From contig JAKMXF010000295.1 of the NCBI GenBank assembly GCA_024704765.1, forward strand, positions 248,001-312,000: DNA of 64,000 nt, in the 5' to 3' direction. Made by a program: the position numbers and the translations under genes. Below are positions 24,737-38,620 of this stretch, in pieces; within the stretch, counting starts at the first letter, position 1; each line of letters starts with the position of its first letter. The DNA comes from Oopsacas minuta. Its lineage: Eukaryota > Animalia > Porifera. Below the pieces are notes generated by a model that searched no databases, had not been told where the DNA came from, and saw nothing but the letters and a program-made list of their open reading frames with translations.

Positions 24737-27402
24737 CAGGGTGGGCCGCGGGAACCGATTGAAACAAATTTTGTATAATTTCTAAACATAAAAAGAAAAG
24801 TCATTTCTGTAAAAGTATATTAAGGTTTATAAAGTGATATTGTAATTTTCATCTTGTAGAGTATCTATCCATTAACAAAATGCTCGATCCAGTTCCCATT
24901 TACAGGGTGGCCCATAAGTTCTGTCCCATACTTTAATACATAAGCATAGATTTTATGGTAAAGCTAGGTAATTGGTTTTGCTTTTCAAGCTTCTATATAG
25001 TCTTATAAGTATTCTAAACTGTTCATCTTAACATCTCATAGTTTTAGCTAGACAAATTCCTCGATGGAAACGGAAAGGTTGACAATTATCGAATTATATC
25101 GAAAAGGGAAAGATCAAAGTGAAATTTTGAAAATTCTCAATGTTCCTAAAACAAGGCGAAAGTTTGTATACCGTACCATTAATAGGTATAAAGATACTGG
25201 CAGCGTCTCTGACAAGCCCAGATCTGGTCGTCCCGCATCTGTAACGACAACAAGGATGAGGAAGATCGTAAGAGGTCGTGTATGGCGAAATCCCAGTCGA
25301 TCGGTGAAAAATGGCTGCGGAGCTCAAGGTATCTCGTTCTTCCCTCCAAAGAATTGTCAAAAGAGACCTGGTTTTATCTTCATTTACAAAACTTAAAGTA
25401 CACTATCTTTCAAAGGTAATGAAGGAGAAGAGGCTGAAGAGAAGCAAAGGTCTCATTGACCGGCTCGCTATCCAAGGTCTTGATCATGTCTTGTTCTCAG
25501 ATGAGAAATTATTTACGATAGAGAAAGCTCATAATCAACAAAACGACAGAATATTGTCTTCTACAGCGTCTACCATCCTGAGGAGTACAGATATGTAAAA
25601 AGAGTACAGAAACCATGTTCTGTTATGGTTTGGGCTGGAATATCTTCACTTGGCCCGACTCCAATAGTTTTCATCCCAACTGGGGTAAAAATAAATGCTC
25701 AAACTTACCAAGACCTTGTTATAAAGCATATAGTCAAAGATCTTAGCAAGTCAATGTTTAACAATGAACCCTTTTTGTTCAAACAAGACATGCCCCTGCT
25801 CATACAGCAAACATCACTCAAAGCAGGCTTCACTACGAAATTCCTGACTTTATTTCCAAACAGGAATGGCCCCCCATCTAGTCCGGACCTCAACCCTCTA
25901 GACTTCTCAGTTTGGTCTATATTACAAACAAAGGCTTGTTGTAAATCCCATAAAAATTTGGAGGCCCTGAAGCGATCAATAATACGTGCTTGGAATGAAA
26001 TCCCCCAGGAAACCATGCGAATGGCAGTAGAGGCGGTTCCTTCACAATTTAGGGCTGTAATTAAGATAAAAGGTGGATATATTGAATAAGCCTAATATAT
26101 TATTATCCAAATAATGTGTACGTTATTGTGTTAAGATTTTAAGTCATTTCAGTGAGTTTTGCCAAAATTATGACCTTTTATCTGTGAGACAGAACTTATG
26201 GGCCACCCTGTAAAGATATCACTTCTTGCAATCTCGTGAGGATATTTTCTGAGACTTTCTTAAGTGTTTCTGCCTTGATCCGTCTTATTTCCCGGCGAAC
26301 GTTTCTCTTGAGGTCTTCAGTAGTCTCAGGGATAGGATTGGAGTAAACCTTGCTCTTCAGGTATCCCCATAAATAAAAATCACATGGGTTTAGATCTGGG
26401 CTGTCAGGTGGCCAAAAGAAGTCACAGTTTCGCGAAATCAGCTTTTTGTCAAATTTCTCTCTAAGAAAGTCAAGAACAACTTTAGCTACATGTGGGGGTG
26501 CGCCATCTTGTTGAAATGTTATTCTACCAAGTTCCTTACGTCTTCTGAGAGTTGGAATGTAATAGGACTTTAACATATCAAGATATCGGACACCATTCAC
26601 GGTCACTCTTGACCCTTCATTATTTTCATAAAAATACGGACCAATAATCCTCTTGGAGCCCATGCACATCAGACAGTGACCTTTTCTTGTGTTAAAGGCT
26701 TACTATCAAGTGGATCTGGCTTTTCCTTACCCCAAATCCTCATGTTCTGTTTATTAACATGTCCGGAAAGGTGAAAATGAGCCTCGTCACTCCAGTCAAT
26801 ATTACCGATGTCAATTTCCTTCTTCTCAACCTTCCCTGCGATAAGCTTTGCAAAAGTCAATCTCTTCTCTTCTGGACTGTAGATAGCTTCTGTAGGACTG
26901 TATCTTATATGAGAAGAGATTGAGATCATCTACAGGAATCCTCCTGACTGTTGTCCTGGACAATTGAAGTTTTCTTGAAAGCCTCCTTGATGAACGATGT
27001 GGTGAATCCGAAAGTTTCCGCTTCACCTTTTTGATGTTATTGGGGGTCTTCATTGTCTGGCATGGTCCTGGTCTAGCTGTATCAACTACAGTACCATTCT
27101 CCTCAAACCTCTTGACAATATCTTTGATGCTATCTGGTTTAGGAGCAGTTCTAGAGTTATAGAATCTTCTAAATCTTTTCTGCGTTGTAACTATGGAACC
27201 ATGATTTTGTAGTACCATTTTAAGACATTAGTCCTTTCTTCCAGTTTCAGCCTTGTCATAACTTCCCATTGATCTAATTATAAATCAAACACAAAATAGC
27301 ATTCTTCTAGCTACAAAATGAAATGTTGGTAATCGGAAATGGATATAAATGTGCCGAGTCATGATCATTCTATTTCAACCGATTCCCTCGTGACCCACCC
27401 TA
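24737..27402 (-). mobile_element. rosa/DD41D mariner-like element, frameshifted and interrupted by maT
   Basis: TIR CAGGGTGGGCCGCGGGAACCGATTGAAA with an imperfect partner at ~27373-27402 and TA flanks; WSDEAHF, FQQDGAPPH and SPDLNPCDF with 41 residues between D2 and D3. Confidence 0.92.
24903..26210 (+). mobile_element. maT (DD37D-type) element, frameshifted
   Basis: TIR CAGGGTGGCCCATAAGTTCTGTC at both ends; TA TSD at 24901-02 and 26211-12; ORF fragments 25064..26089 are homologous to the intact copy at 5506-6534. Confidence 0.95.
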
Positions 27403-27616
27403 TACATATAGATTAATCGTGTTTTAAACTCTGAATAATATGGGTATAATATCTAAGAGCACAATAAACTGAAAGTCTTGGATAATATATATATAAAATA
27501 TTAAAAGGAAATATTAAAGTGATTGATAAAGTAAAATCCTATAAAAAATCTAAGTGGAGTATGTAAAAATTATATCGATTAACCAACTTTTCAATTCTAA
27601 TTTAAATATGAACATA

Positions 27617-27801
27617 CAGTGGAGTCCGCAATAACGGACACATTAGGGATTAGATTTGGTCCTTAGTGGGTGAGATGTGTGCTTCTCAGAGATTGATTAG
27701 TATTACTTACATGTATTATTAACATATTTCGTTCCACAACCTTGTCCGTTGTAGAGGTGTTGTCCGCTTTTCGGAGTGTCCGTTTTTGGGAGATTCCACT
27801 G
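27617..27801. mobile_element. pogo-type MITE, 185 bp
   Basis: Termini CAGTGGA..ACGGACAC / GTGTCCGT..TCCACTG with TA flanks; related copy at 59317-59500. Confidence 0.85.
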
Positions 27802-27802
27802 T

Positions 27803-27950
27803 ACTTCTTCTTGGGCTTCGATAGTTCTTGCCTTTCCTGCCACAACGCCAGTAGGTTGTTTCATTAGAATGTCGATCCGTAATATAGTCACAGCCATCAA
27901 AGATCAATTAATTGTCTTCTAAGTCCCAAATCGTTTTTAACGCTTCCATA
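27803..27950 (-). pseudogene. FLYWCH zinc-finger fragment (Mutator-like transposase N-terminus)
   Basis: LIFDGCDYITDRHSNETTYWRC, interrupted by the MITE. Confidence 0.55.
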
Positions 27951-28635
27951 CCATTGTATAATAATGGTACATCGAGAAGTATTTATACAACACTTATTTC
28001 ATTTGATTTACTAATTAGGTGGAAAGTTTGATTGTGTAGTTGGGAAAAATGGCAAGTCTGATTACATATGAAAATAATTTTTCAATCTAAGTATATATCA
28101 AAATTGCTAATATATCGAGGTCAGTACCGGATCAAGGTACTTTTAGGGCTAATCTGGGAAAGCAAATATCGTGTTTCAACTTGAAGTATGAATCTGAGTT
28201 CACTGATAAAACAACGTGTAGCTAAATAAAATATTTTCACATGAGGTTTTTTCGTTAGCACCAATCGTTCTCTTCCAATTGAGGGAATAATGTCAATGCA
28301 CACATTACATTTTGCATTTACTTTTGTGAAATTCTATTCATCATAAGAAAGATTATATGAGTGATAATATCCATGGCCTGAAGCAGATCGTCCATTTATA
28401 AATTTACCACATAGATAAAATTGTTGTTTCAAATTAAGTCTTGCAGCACATATATTTTACCAATATTGTCCAATTATATACCTCTGTGTGTAATGTCCCT
28501 TCGTATTTACGTCTTTTCGTGTCCAAACTCAATAATTGTGGACTAAATTAACTGTAAGAGGCTAGGAGGGGGGAAAGAAGAGCTGAAAGAAGATATCAAA
28601 AATCGTAGTTAACTATTCAGCATGATATGTTTAGG

Positions 28636-30080
28636 CATAGCCTACTCTACATAAGGCCTAGCAGCAACATGTGTATTTGGGCCTAGGGATGGGTCACCCG
28701 TTTGTAATGAATAATCGCAGGCGTAACCATTTTGAAATAAATATAGTGTCTAAGTGATTTTTAATTCTAATAGTGTATTTCGAGTAATTCACTGAGAATT
28801 AAGTTTTTATAGTGCATACCTTGTATTATACAAACATACTATAATACACGAGAATAGTACAAGTAAAGATCCATATCAATACATTCTAGTACAGTACTTA
28901 CCAACCTTTTTGGCTATGGACCCTTTATCGAAAATATGTGGACCCAGGTTGGGAAACACTATCCGAGTAGATGCAAGGATTCGCTTCAACAAAACATATC
29001 ATAGACAGTATAGAACACCAAATGCGAACTCTTCTCAAACCGATAATTATTTCTTGTAATCTTTTAACCTAAAAAACACATACACAAGAAGCTAGAGATT
29101 CCAACTAGTGAAAGTGACAATCTAGAATTTGTAAATGAATTAATTTTTCAATTTGACTTTCGGTACTTTGAAAATCACCATTGAATTTTTCATGATACTT
29201 CCTAACAACAATCCAAGAGGCGAACAAAAGCTTCTGAAGGATTAATAACCACTAAACCCTCAAGATGAACATTGTTCTCTCCATAATTGACAATCATAGC
29301 ATCGATTACGATATTCATGGATAAATCAAAAATAATTTTCCTAGATTGGCCAATAATATATATCTCAATTAGTTAGCTGTCATTTCCAATGCAGTTATTG
29401 CGAGTAGTTGTCAAAAGGAGTACAAAGTGAAATGAAAGAAAAAGACTTCTGTATATGTCACAAGGATGTGGTACTCGGGTCTCCAGTTTGTGATTAGGAG
29501 AGAACAATTTGTAAAAGTTTCGCATTAAGGGGATAGTTGTCGGTGGAGATAACCTCGACGAATAAGCCATAATCTTCTACATCACGAATACAAGATATTA
29601 TAGTCTCGAAGAACTTCTCAGCAGATACAGAAGCACATAGAAGTAGACGGACGATACATAACGACTTCTTATACAAGCTAAATATCATAATAGCGAAGAT
29701 AGTCTTGGTAGGATCATCTGTATCTAGATTAGAAGCAAACAATCTTTCTCCATAATAAGAAATATCTGATTTCACGTGAATTGCATCTCGAGCTGGCAAA
29801 GAACAAATCGGGGCCTAGAAACTTTAGGGGAAGGAATTTAGTCATCACTAGATTCCGAATCGTACATGCTATCAATGACCTATTGGATATGGCTTTTAGC
29901 AGATGCAATATTAAATACGGTATCAGAACTATTGAACTAATGTATATTCGTTCGGATACCATGTAGACCTGTTTTATCAACTGAAAGAAAAGGTAATTTA
30001 GCTTGTAAATCTTGGAAACAGTGAATCCTGATCTTCTCCTTCTCTTCAAATCCTAACTAGACTACTAACTCGAATATCAA
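28636..30080 (-). pseudogene. Second P/THAP9-like relic, internally deleted
   Basis: TIFAIMIFSL..CIVRLL.C, VISTDNYPLN, PHPCD..LFLSF; TIR-like CATAGCCTACTCTACATAAGGCC at 28636. Confidence 0.8.
28892..28961. mobile_element. 70-bp hAT mini-MITE
   Basis: Termini CAGTACTTACCAACC / GGTTGGGAAACACTA; TSD TTCTAGTA/TCCGAGTA (6/8). Confidence 0.55.
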
Positions 30081-31289
30081 GATTATTCTTAATACCCCTG
30101 ATATTGGATTGATTTCTCTTATTATTTGTTGACATTTCAAATTTCAAATTCCCGTCGTTCAAGTGATCTATTAATAATACATGGAGAAGTTGTTTCCTAG
30201 CAACGCAAGGATGAAACAGGAATGTGACAACATTCCATTCTCAAATGCTTGCTAAACATATCGAATGACTCCACATTCGACGCTACTAGGCGAGCTGAGT
30301 TTAGTTATATACTTATTAACTCTCTAAATTGTCATTTGACTTGATTGTGGGAATGTTCTCAGTCATACCTCATTATATTTCAACGTATCTCTATCTTAGT
30401 CCAATAGAAATTGATCCGGTACTCTGCCAATATAGATAACAAGCAATTTTAGGTTTCCAATGCTGAATATACATGCCTAATGCATATTTATATATTGTAC
30501 CAATTTCAATCTTGTGTAAAGTAGATTTTCTGGCATTCTTAGGAAGCTGTTTTGACTGATAATTCATTGATACATCCCCAAGCGAGAAACTCTTCGAATC
30601 ACATCGAATCAACTTTTAACCATCAGATCTTTGATATACTAAGTATATTTACATACATAAATTATGCTATCTTGTTTCGTAAAAACTTAGACATGAAGTA
30701 TTTCATTTAGCGTATTGTGTAGATCTTAAAGCTACGTGTTATTACAATACAGACAATATCATAGTCTATTCATGTAAAATATGTAAGAAATATCAAAGAT
30801 TATTGAAATAGAGAGGTCGATCTAGCAAATTCGTGTAAAAGACAAGGAGGGTCGATTTGACCATAGCTAACTCAAGTCAGCTTGCGGCGTCGAACAAGGG
30901 GTCATTCGAAATGTTTTACATAATATTTGAGAATGGAATGTCGTCACATTCCTGAGGCTTTCTTGCGTTGCCAGGGAAGTTCTTTCCAATTATTTGTCAA
31001 GTGACAACTTGAACGACGGGAAATTACGCTGTTAACGATCTGAATATTGACATGTAAATTGGATTCAAAATTTGCACGTTGGCTGCATTTAGCTGGTGCA
31101 AAATGAAATGCTATGTCACTATTTGTGTTCACAGTTTAAGGTTACATAATTGGAAACATTGTTTTTCGAATTCCTTTGGCCATAAGCTATCCCAAAATAT
31201 ATAGAGTAACAAATCCCAACGAAATAACACAAGGAAACGAACGATCAGCTCTAGTTCTGAGGAAGGGGCAGTTTACGACTATGAGTCTT

Positions 31290-31560
31290 TTCAACCAATA
31301 AAATCTGAATTTCAACACACACCTTGCAATCTGTCATGAAATTTCTCAAGAAATATATTGGTCCAAATACTGGATGATCACATTCCGATTGAAATTATGC
31401 CATCCCATTCAGCCATTTCTAGATAAAACTCTCCAGATTCACTTTCGTTGGTTCGTTTTCAATATCTGAATTGACCTCCAACCATTCATGCACAATAAAC
31501 ATCAGTTTCTGCATTGCACATTTGGGTGTCAGCCTGAAGAAGGCTAAGAGGTTCATTAAC
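31290..31560 (-). pseudogene. Possible Mutator NOF/Rehavkus-like N-terminal fragment
   Basis: FYLEMAEWDGII..IWTNIFLEKF..VLKFRFYW resembles the EW..I...W.N.F motif near 38400-38500. Confidence 0.35.
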
Positions 31561-33379
31561 TAAACTTTTACTTAAACAAGATATTCACTATATGTATTCT
31601 CTATGCTACATGCTGGCAATACCAGGAGTCTCAAACTCCTCCCTTTGTTCATTTACCGAACTAATGAAATCATTCAAAGCACAAACTCATTTTGCCAAAT
31701 ATCTGGTATACTAAATATAAACTATATCCCTGGTTGTGCCATGACTAACCAAGAAACGAATAGTGGACTACATTCAACAAAGCTATTACAATAAGTAATT
31801 GTGATCAATTAGTGAATTGATAACACTCATTAATAAATCATCATCCAGTGAAATGCAAAAATCCACCAACATTAAGCAATTTGGATAATCCATAAAATTT
31901 TACACCATCTACCCAGAATTGAACTTCGCAGGTATTAAAGAAATAATAACTATGTTCTTCGCTCAAGTCACTAAAAACTATCAGAATCAGTCTTCAATTT
32001 CTCATACACTGTTAAATCAGAAGCTGATAATGCCCATACAATAATGAGCCTATCATGTCAATAGAAGAAGTCCAATTATATAGGATGTCAAAGAATATAC
32101 AGGTAAGAAAAACAAAACTGAACCTGTGTAGAATATTATTTACCCCGTTTCACTCTCACACCTGACTTAAAATTTGAATGTCTCTAGGACTTTTCAATAT
32201 TTTTTAATGAAAATAAATTTACATATAGGTACGTCAATATCACTCAGTTGTGTATAGGAAATTTCAGAATCGAATTCTAACTTTTAGGTGGGTAAATTAA
32301 AGGGAGGGTTAACCCTAATAAATCTAACTAAAGAGTAACTAAAGCAAAATCAAAGACAAAACACATTTACGTAAAATGTCCAACTCTCTTCTTTCGAATG
32401 ATATTTCGTTAAATTTTGAAATGTAGAAGTGATTCAAATTAGTGATTGAATTGACCCCATTTGAATACTAGGCTAACTTCACACTTGTATCGATAGTAAC
32501 AATAAACAGATGGAAATGCGTGGTCTTACTATTGCAGGTAGTAATTTGGAAAGGATCGGGATCTATCAGAAATTATCGATCTGATCCCGATCACAATCCT
32601 AATTCTCCAATTAGATTGACGATCCTCCAAAGTATCTCGATCCGGATCGTACAATCTTAGATCGAAGGTTTAACCATCGAAGTGAGGGCATGGGGGCGTT
32701 GTAACTCTTATGGTGGAGTCTAGGGGCGTCCCTTGGACGACAAACTATAATTTCTACCAAATCAATTATCTTTCTACTGTCACGTAGCTTTGAATCTAGA
32801 AACAATTTCTTATAACTGCGTCATGCACATTCTGTTTGGAGTATTTCTGATTGACTTTGTGCTTTGGGAATATGAATAAGATGAATAATTTGCTCAATGT
32901 AATAATCGAAAAATATTACTCTGGTCCGTAGAGCAATTGTTCAAGATATATCCCTGATATTTGGGTAAGATAACATAATATTAAGTGTGAGATGCGAGCA
33001 AAGCGAGTCGACATTTTACAGTTTGCAACTTTAGCCAAATATTGCATTCAATCAATATCTATATTATTCAAACCCAATTAATCTGTAAATATATGTGTAT
33101 ACAGTCTTGCCTTGAATAATACACCTACTCGAATAATAGCGCCCCTTGAGGCTCGTAAAATACAAAAAAATGAATCATTTTACCCTTATATTATGGTCAA
33201 TCTACTGTTCGTAAGGTTAAATACACAAAAGGCAAGCACATAGGTATGATTATATCGAAATTATCGTGTAACATGAATCGAAACTTCGCTCTCAAGGGGC
33301 TTAAAATTTATAATCGTTCGGCTATTATTCGAGGTAATACAGTAAATAATATATATATATGTATGTTTGAATCGAAGAA

Positions 33380-33490
33380 GAACCCCAAGGCTGATCTTAG
33401 GCATACAGAAATATTTTATGCCTGGCTCGGGAGAGTTCGAGCCTTGGACGAAATTCAAACCTGGCAAAATTATGACGTCATTGTCAGCTA
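33380..33490. repeat. Dispersed repeat, inverted copy at ~43660-43775
   Basis: Reverse complement GACGTCATAATTTTGCC..TTTCGTCCAAGGCTCGAACT..CCAGGC..CTGTATGCC aligns with 43660-43775. Confidence 0.7.
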
Positions 33491-34439
33491 TTTAGACTTT
33501 CAAAATATCCACAATATTTGCAACTGCTGAGTCAATATACATGAAAGAAGTTTGAAATTGAATCACAGGTACCGCTCAATATGCCAAAATGTCCTGACCT
33601 CATGATTCTGGCCAAATGCAAACTCATCGTGGACTGATTATGTCATCATGGCTGTACCAATCTCAGAATTTCAGAAATTTAGATACTTTTGAGAATTTCA
33701 TTATACACGTGGTTCGATGTGTCCTAAAAACAAACCAAAAGCCACGTATTAGTTCCAGTCCACTGCTAAAGCTTATTCATTGCACTTTGGATTGACCATG
33801 TATGATGGAAGTTTTATTTTACCCACGGAATCACATCTAGGTTCCCAGTGCTTTGTATATCTGGTCCCGTAGCCACCATAAGGATCAATGAATCTAGCTA
33901 TTTGATACTTCAACTAATCTGAGGTACAAAGTTGTCTCGTTTTGTGCCTCAGATCAGTTTTAGTATTCAGTTTTTCAATACCACAATGATTTTATGTTAC
34001 CTACGATTATCTTCTGAAGTATAAACTTATCCACCTTGTTCTTGCACATGACATGCCCTTGTAGCACGAGTCTACAAGGAAGAATGCCCGGGGGCATGGC
34101 CGGGGGTTTGGGGTCCCCCAAATTTATACCATAATTATTGTAATGACTACTGCCCTTTGTTGTGGACATAGGGACACTTTATTCCTGCATTTGTGAATTT
34201 CGAGTATGAAATTCCTTACCATTCAATGTAGATAGCGTATTGATATTCTTATGTAATTTTTAAGTGTATTCCTTATTTCGGATGGAGAGAAAACGAGAGA
34301 GTGATAATTTGATAACCACTTTTTCATATGACAAAAGAATTTTGTTGATGAGAGTTACAGTGATATTACAGGTTCTATTATAAAACTAGTACGGAAGGAT
34401 GTGATCTTTTTTTAGTTCAAATTGGAGTGGAAGTGTGCC

Positions 34440-34930
34440 TCACTGCCGACCGCGAGTGATTTGTCTAGTAAAGGACTCTATTCAGGACTCTACTTGGTTG
34501 CAGTACAGTGTGGAGAGGGATGTACTGTTCTGTAAGCCTTTTCGCTACTTTGACAGTACTACAAACTCTGGATATCGCGATGGTGTCTTTACACTTGCTG
34601 GATTCTCGAATTGGAAGAAAATGAGTAAAAAATGGTGAAATATCAAGGATCAAATGTTCATGCAGTCATTGTGGTGAAATCAATGTCATATACCACCACT
34701 AAATTGTTATATCTGGCACAATCTCTGAACAAATCACAAGTGACACTAACATTGAGCTACGAAAGCCAATTACAGGTGATCAAGGGCATTTCTATTTCGA
34801 CATTGATCTTTTTCTCTTTCAAGTACTGCAGGATCTTCCCCTGCGTGGACATTATGAAGGTCTTCCAGATTAGGATTCAAAGAGTAACCGTGGGAACTTC
34901 CTTGAACTCCATGACTTTATTTAAGTATTA
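34440..34930 (+). pseudogene. hAT 5' fragment (TTF-type zinc finger plus DUF4371-like region)
   Basis: WLQYSVERDVLFCKPFRYF..GFSNWKK, then LPLRGHYE..SNRGNFLEL in shifted frames. Confidence 0.8.
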
Positions 34931-36029
34931 CCCCTCGTGAAGTATTATACGTTAACCGCGTATTATGCAACTTAGCAAAATATAATCTTCCATTGTGAGA
35001 AAACATCTATTTGTGTACCGAAATTTTACATGAACCATGGTCTACTGAATATCAGTCTACAAATCTTCCCGAGAAGGCCAGTTTGTATTTGGTATTTTTA
35101 GGCAAAATATAGTTCATACATACATATTCTACATTTATTAAGCTATTCGGGTATTAGGAATCCATTGCGAACATTTTTAAGTTCACATATTCGTAGTTAA
35201 ATGGTTTAGGCGCCATTTAATGATGACGTTAGCGAAATTGGTATTTACACCATAGTACAAACTTACAATTAGAAGTTTGTTGTCCCTGCGGTATATATAT
35301 CTTAATATACTTGTAACATACAACTAGATCGCTATTTCATGATGAATTTCCACTCTTTAGTCCTTAAATCCATAGAGATTCCCATATTTCGTAAATTCTA
35401 CACTCTTCATAATATAAACTATATACACACTTCATGTTATCTTAGGAACTATTTAGTGTAATCTTTATTCTTGTAAATTCTCTTCTTTAATCTCTTCTCA
35501 TATAATCAAGAATATATAACGCACACTGTGTATAGCTGTTTATTGATGATGTTGGTAACTTTGCCCCTTTATTCAAACCATCAAGATATCAATTGGAAAC
35601 TAGATCGATATTGAGGGCTCTTTTGGATTCCTCACAGTCTGTACTTCATGAGTGCGCAGTTGGCAGCAAAAAATAAATCGAGCACACTTTAACACGTTTT
35701 AATTATGTGACCAGTGCAGGTAGAGAGATGCCATTTGGAGTATACCAATACTAACCTAGGGGTTTATTTTATATATATTATATATATCATCTAATAGTTT
35801 AGTTTTCTTGCCTACAATCACACTAGTCTAATAGAGATAGAGTTACCGCTAGTACTCTACCAGCACTTATTCTTTAATATATAATCTAGTATACGTTTAT
35901 CTAAAAGATCTAACTATATTTTGCTGTAATTCACTACTTAAATCTAATATCTATACTAAGCTATTTTTCTTTCTTTGAATGTCATTGTGCTGTATCAATT
36001 TCTTCAACAAAACTATCAGTCATCACGCT

Positions 36030-38620
36030 CTCCATTCTCTTTACTTTTGTAACTAGTTTAAAGAGCCTGAAATTAAACGCAAATACAACTTCTTGTTGGT
36101 AAATGGATACACATTGTGTCTGTCGTTGAATTCATAGCCTGAAAATTTGTTCCAACAACGATCTATATCTTTAATTAGGAAAATGTTGGTTTTGAGAAGT
36201 TGGGCTGTTAGAAACAGTTCTAGGTCAGTTCCTCACGATCCATCATACCTACTGATATGTAATCATCTATTGTAGTACAATATGCTCAGAAAGCAAATCA
36301 TAATGTGATGTGCAATAATTGGTACATTGGGTTCGATATTCATTTTTCATGTTTGTTATTAGCAACCAGGGTTGGGTTGAAGTACAATCATACTTAAGTA
36401 CTTTTTCGTTTAATCCACTGTACTTGTACTTGTACTTAAATACTGTCTAAGTGTACTTGAAATATAAATTAATTTACAAGTACTTTTTCAAGTACTTTTT
36501 AGAACTTTTATTATTAACTAGAATGATTGTTGGCTTTGTTTTCAATTGATTTATCAACAATATAGTTTCTATTATTGATCATTGCAGTTCAAGCTCACAA
36601 GAATATCCTTGACGTTTGGTATATTTATTAAGTAAAGCAGTACAAACTTTGCTAAAAGTAACAGCAATATTAATTCCCATTAAATTTCAAAAGTACTTAA
36701 AATTTTACTTAAGTACTTTCCGAAAGTACTTGTAGTTGTCCTTAAGTACTTTCTTTTCAATTGTAATTGTACTTATACTTATACTTGAAAACTTTTGGAG
36801 TACTGATACATATACTTAAGTACTTTCAAAAGTACTTGAACCCAACCTTGTTAGCAACTCTCTAACTTATTATGGTAATGGTCTGAACCCGTAATAATGT
36901 ATGATAGTGACTAAAGAGACAATTTTCATCAGGGGAAATTGTTTTTTTCCTTTGATGGAGCTAACTTACGAATTTGTAAAGTTTTATCAAAAGCTTCATA
37001 TTTATAAATTACTCCACTTACATTTGTAAACATGAATTCTTACATTTTTCATGTTGCCAATCAGAATCAACAGGAGGAAATTTCCATGATAATAAATACA
37101 ACATCTTCTGATGATTGATCCCAAATACAGTCCTCACTATGTACAGGGCGTTAAGAAATTGATGTCCTCTTTTATGTAAACGTATAAAACTGTTGCACAT
37201 TATCAGATCTCCTTGTTTTGTTTTCATAAAGGATTCAAATATATCATCGATAATTTCAATAATAATAATCCACCTAAATTGCGAATTTCATAGTTTTTCA
37301 GAAGGTGATCCTTTTCCTTTAGAGTTTTGGTATTTATTTTGGCGATTTTTATTGTCGATTCGCCTCAGAACGATAAGTCTCCATTTTGCATAATAAACGG
37401 ATTTCCCAGTCTTTTAATACAAGAAAGTTACATATCCATGCATCTCTCACTTAGGTACCAACATACCCATTTTGCGTCTTTATAAATATCTGCATTTAAG
37501 TTGTGAACTGGGACAAACTTTCCAAGGAGAATGTTTCAACATGTTTTGTGAAAACAATTTGGTTGTTCTACTATAATCCTAGTATTGTTAAAACGAACCA
37601 ATTCCTATCTATAAAACGTACCAAATCTACATTAAAAATAATTCATGATTAAAGTATATTTTGATAAGGATTACAATATCAATTGGCATTGTTTTCGCAA
37701 GATGAATTGACAATAAAATCTAGCAAGAAATCTATTTCTTAACACCCAGTACATCATGTATAATAGTCTCTGATTTCTTTTTCTTTTCAACTTTCCCCCC
37801 CTATTACTTTCTTCTTTTCCTTAAATTAAGCACCCTTTTCATTTTTCTCGCTCTTGTTTCATCATAATTAGTCTTAGGCAATTGACATTTGTTGAATAAC
37901 TCCACCTTTTTTATCGTCTTTCCCAAATTTCTTCTATTAGTGTGTTATCACTTTCTCTATGCATTTTGGTTCTCTTTAGCACTTTAGTGCTAACAAATGT
38001 GAAGACAAAATCAAATGCTATAATTCGACCTTAAATTCCTTCATATATTCTCCTTAAAAAGTCACCAGGTTTCACTTTCGTTTCTTTTTTAAATTTGTCG
38101 TATTTTTCACATTTTCATCCAATTTTCTACATTTCGGATTTGTAAAGATTACTTCTGACTTTCCCGGAAATGGAATCAGGCACAGGATGACTCACTGTCA
38201 AAACATATTACAAGATTTTTTGTGAAATTTATCAATTTTCCATGTTGAAGTTTTCTGATGAGAAGTATTTGCTCTTCCTTATGCATATGAATCACAATAG
38301 TATATCTTGATACAGTCTGTATATATCCACTAAGAACAGCTTAAATATTACTATTATATGATTTTTGAGTGATTATGATATCTTGCCACATATCGTCACA
38401 ATGTCTAAAAAGATTATTCCATTCGGCATTCGATTGGTTTACATTAATTTGTGGACATATAATGCTCCATTCTCGTTTACTCAGGGAAAATTTGAAATAT
38501 TTCGGATACCCACAATTGCTTGGTTCTTTTTCTGCGGTTTTATTTGTCATCAAACTGTCTAATGATGAAGAATCTTCAATTTCTTCTTACATGTGAGTGA
38601 TAGGAGTATCTAGGATATAA
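36030..38620 (-). pseudogene. Degenerate Mutator (NOF/Rehavkus-like) ORF with PHD-like and OTU domains
   Basis: N-terminal FKFSLSKREWSIICP..EWNNLF; Cys/His PHD-like remnant ~37020-37200; OTU ISPDENCLF/SLSYIITGSDHYHNK (36860-36950), then TDLELFLTAQLLKTNIF..WNKFS..LYLRLISG (36030-36250). OTU call is firmer than the Mutator call. Confidence 0.55.
36367..36850. mobile_element. hAT-type MITE, 484 bp, inserted in the OTU domain
   Basis: TIR CAGGGTTGGGTTGAAGTAC / GTACTTGAACCCAACCTTG; perfect 8-bp TSD TTAGCAAC; many AAGTACTT motifs. Confidence 0.95.
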
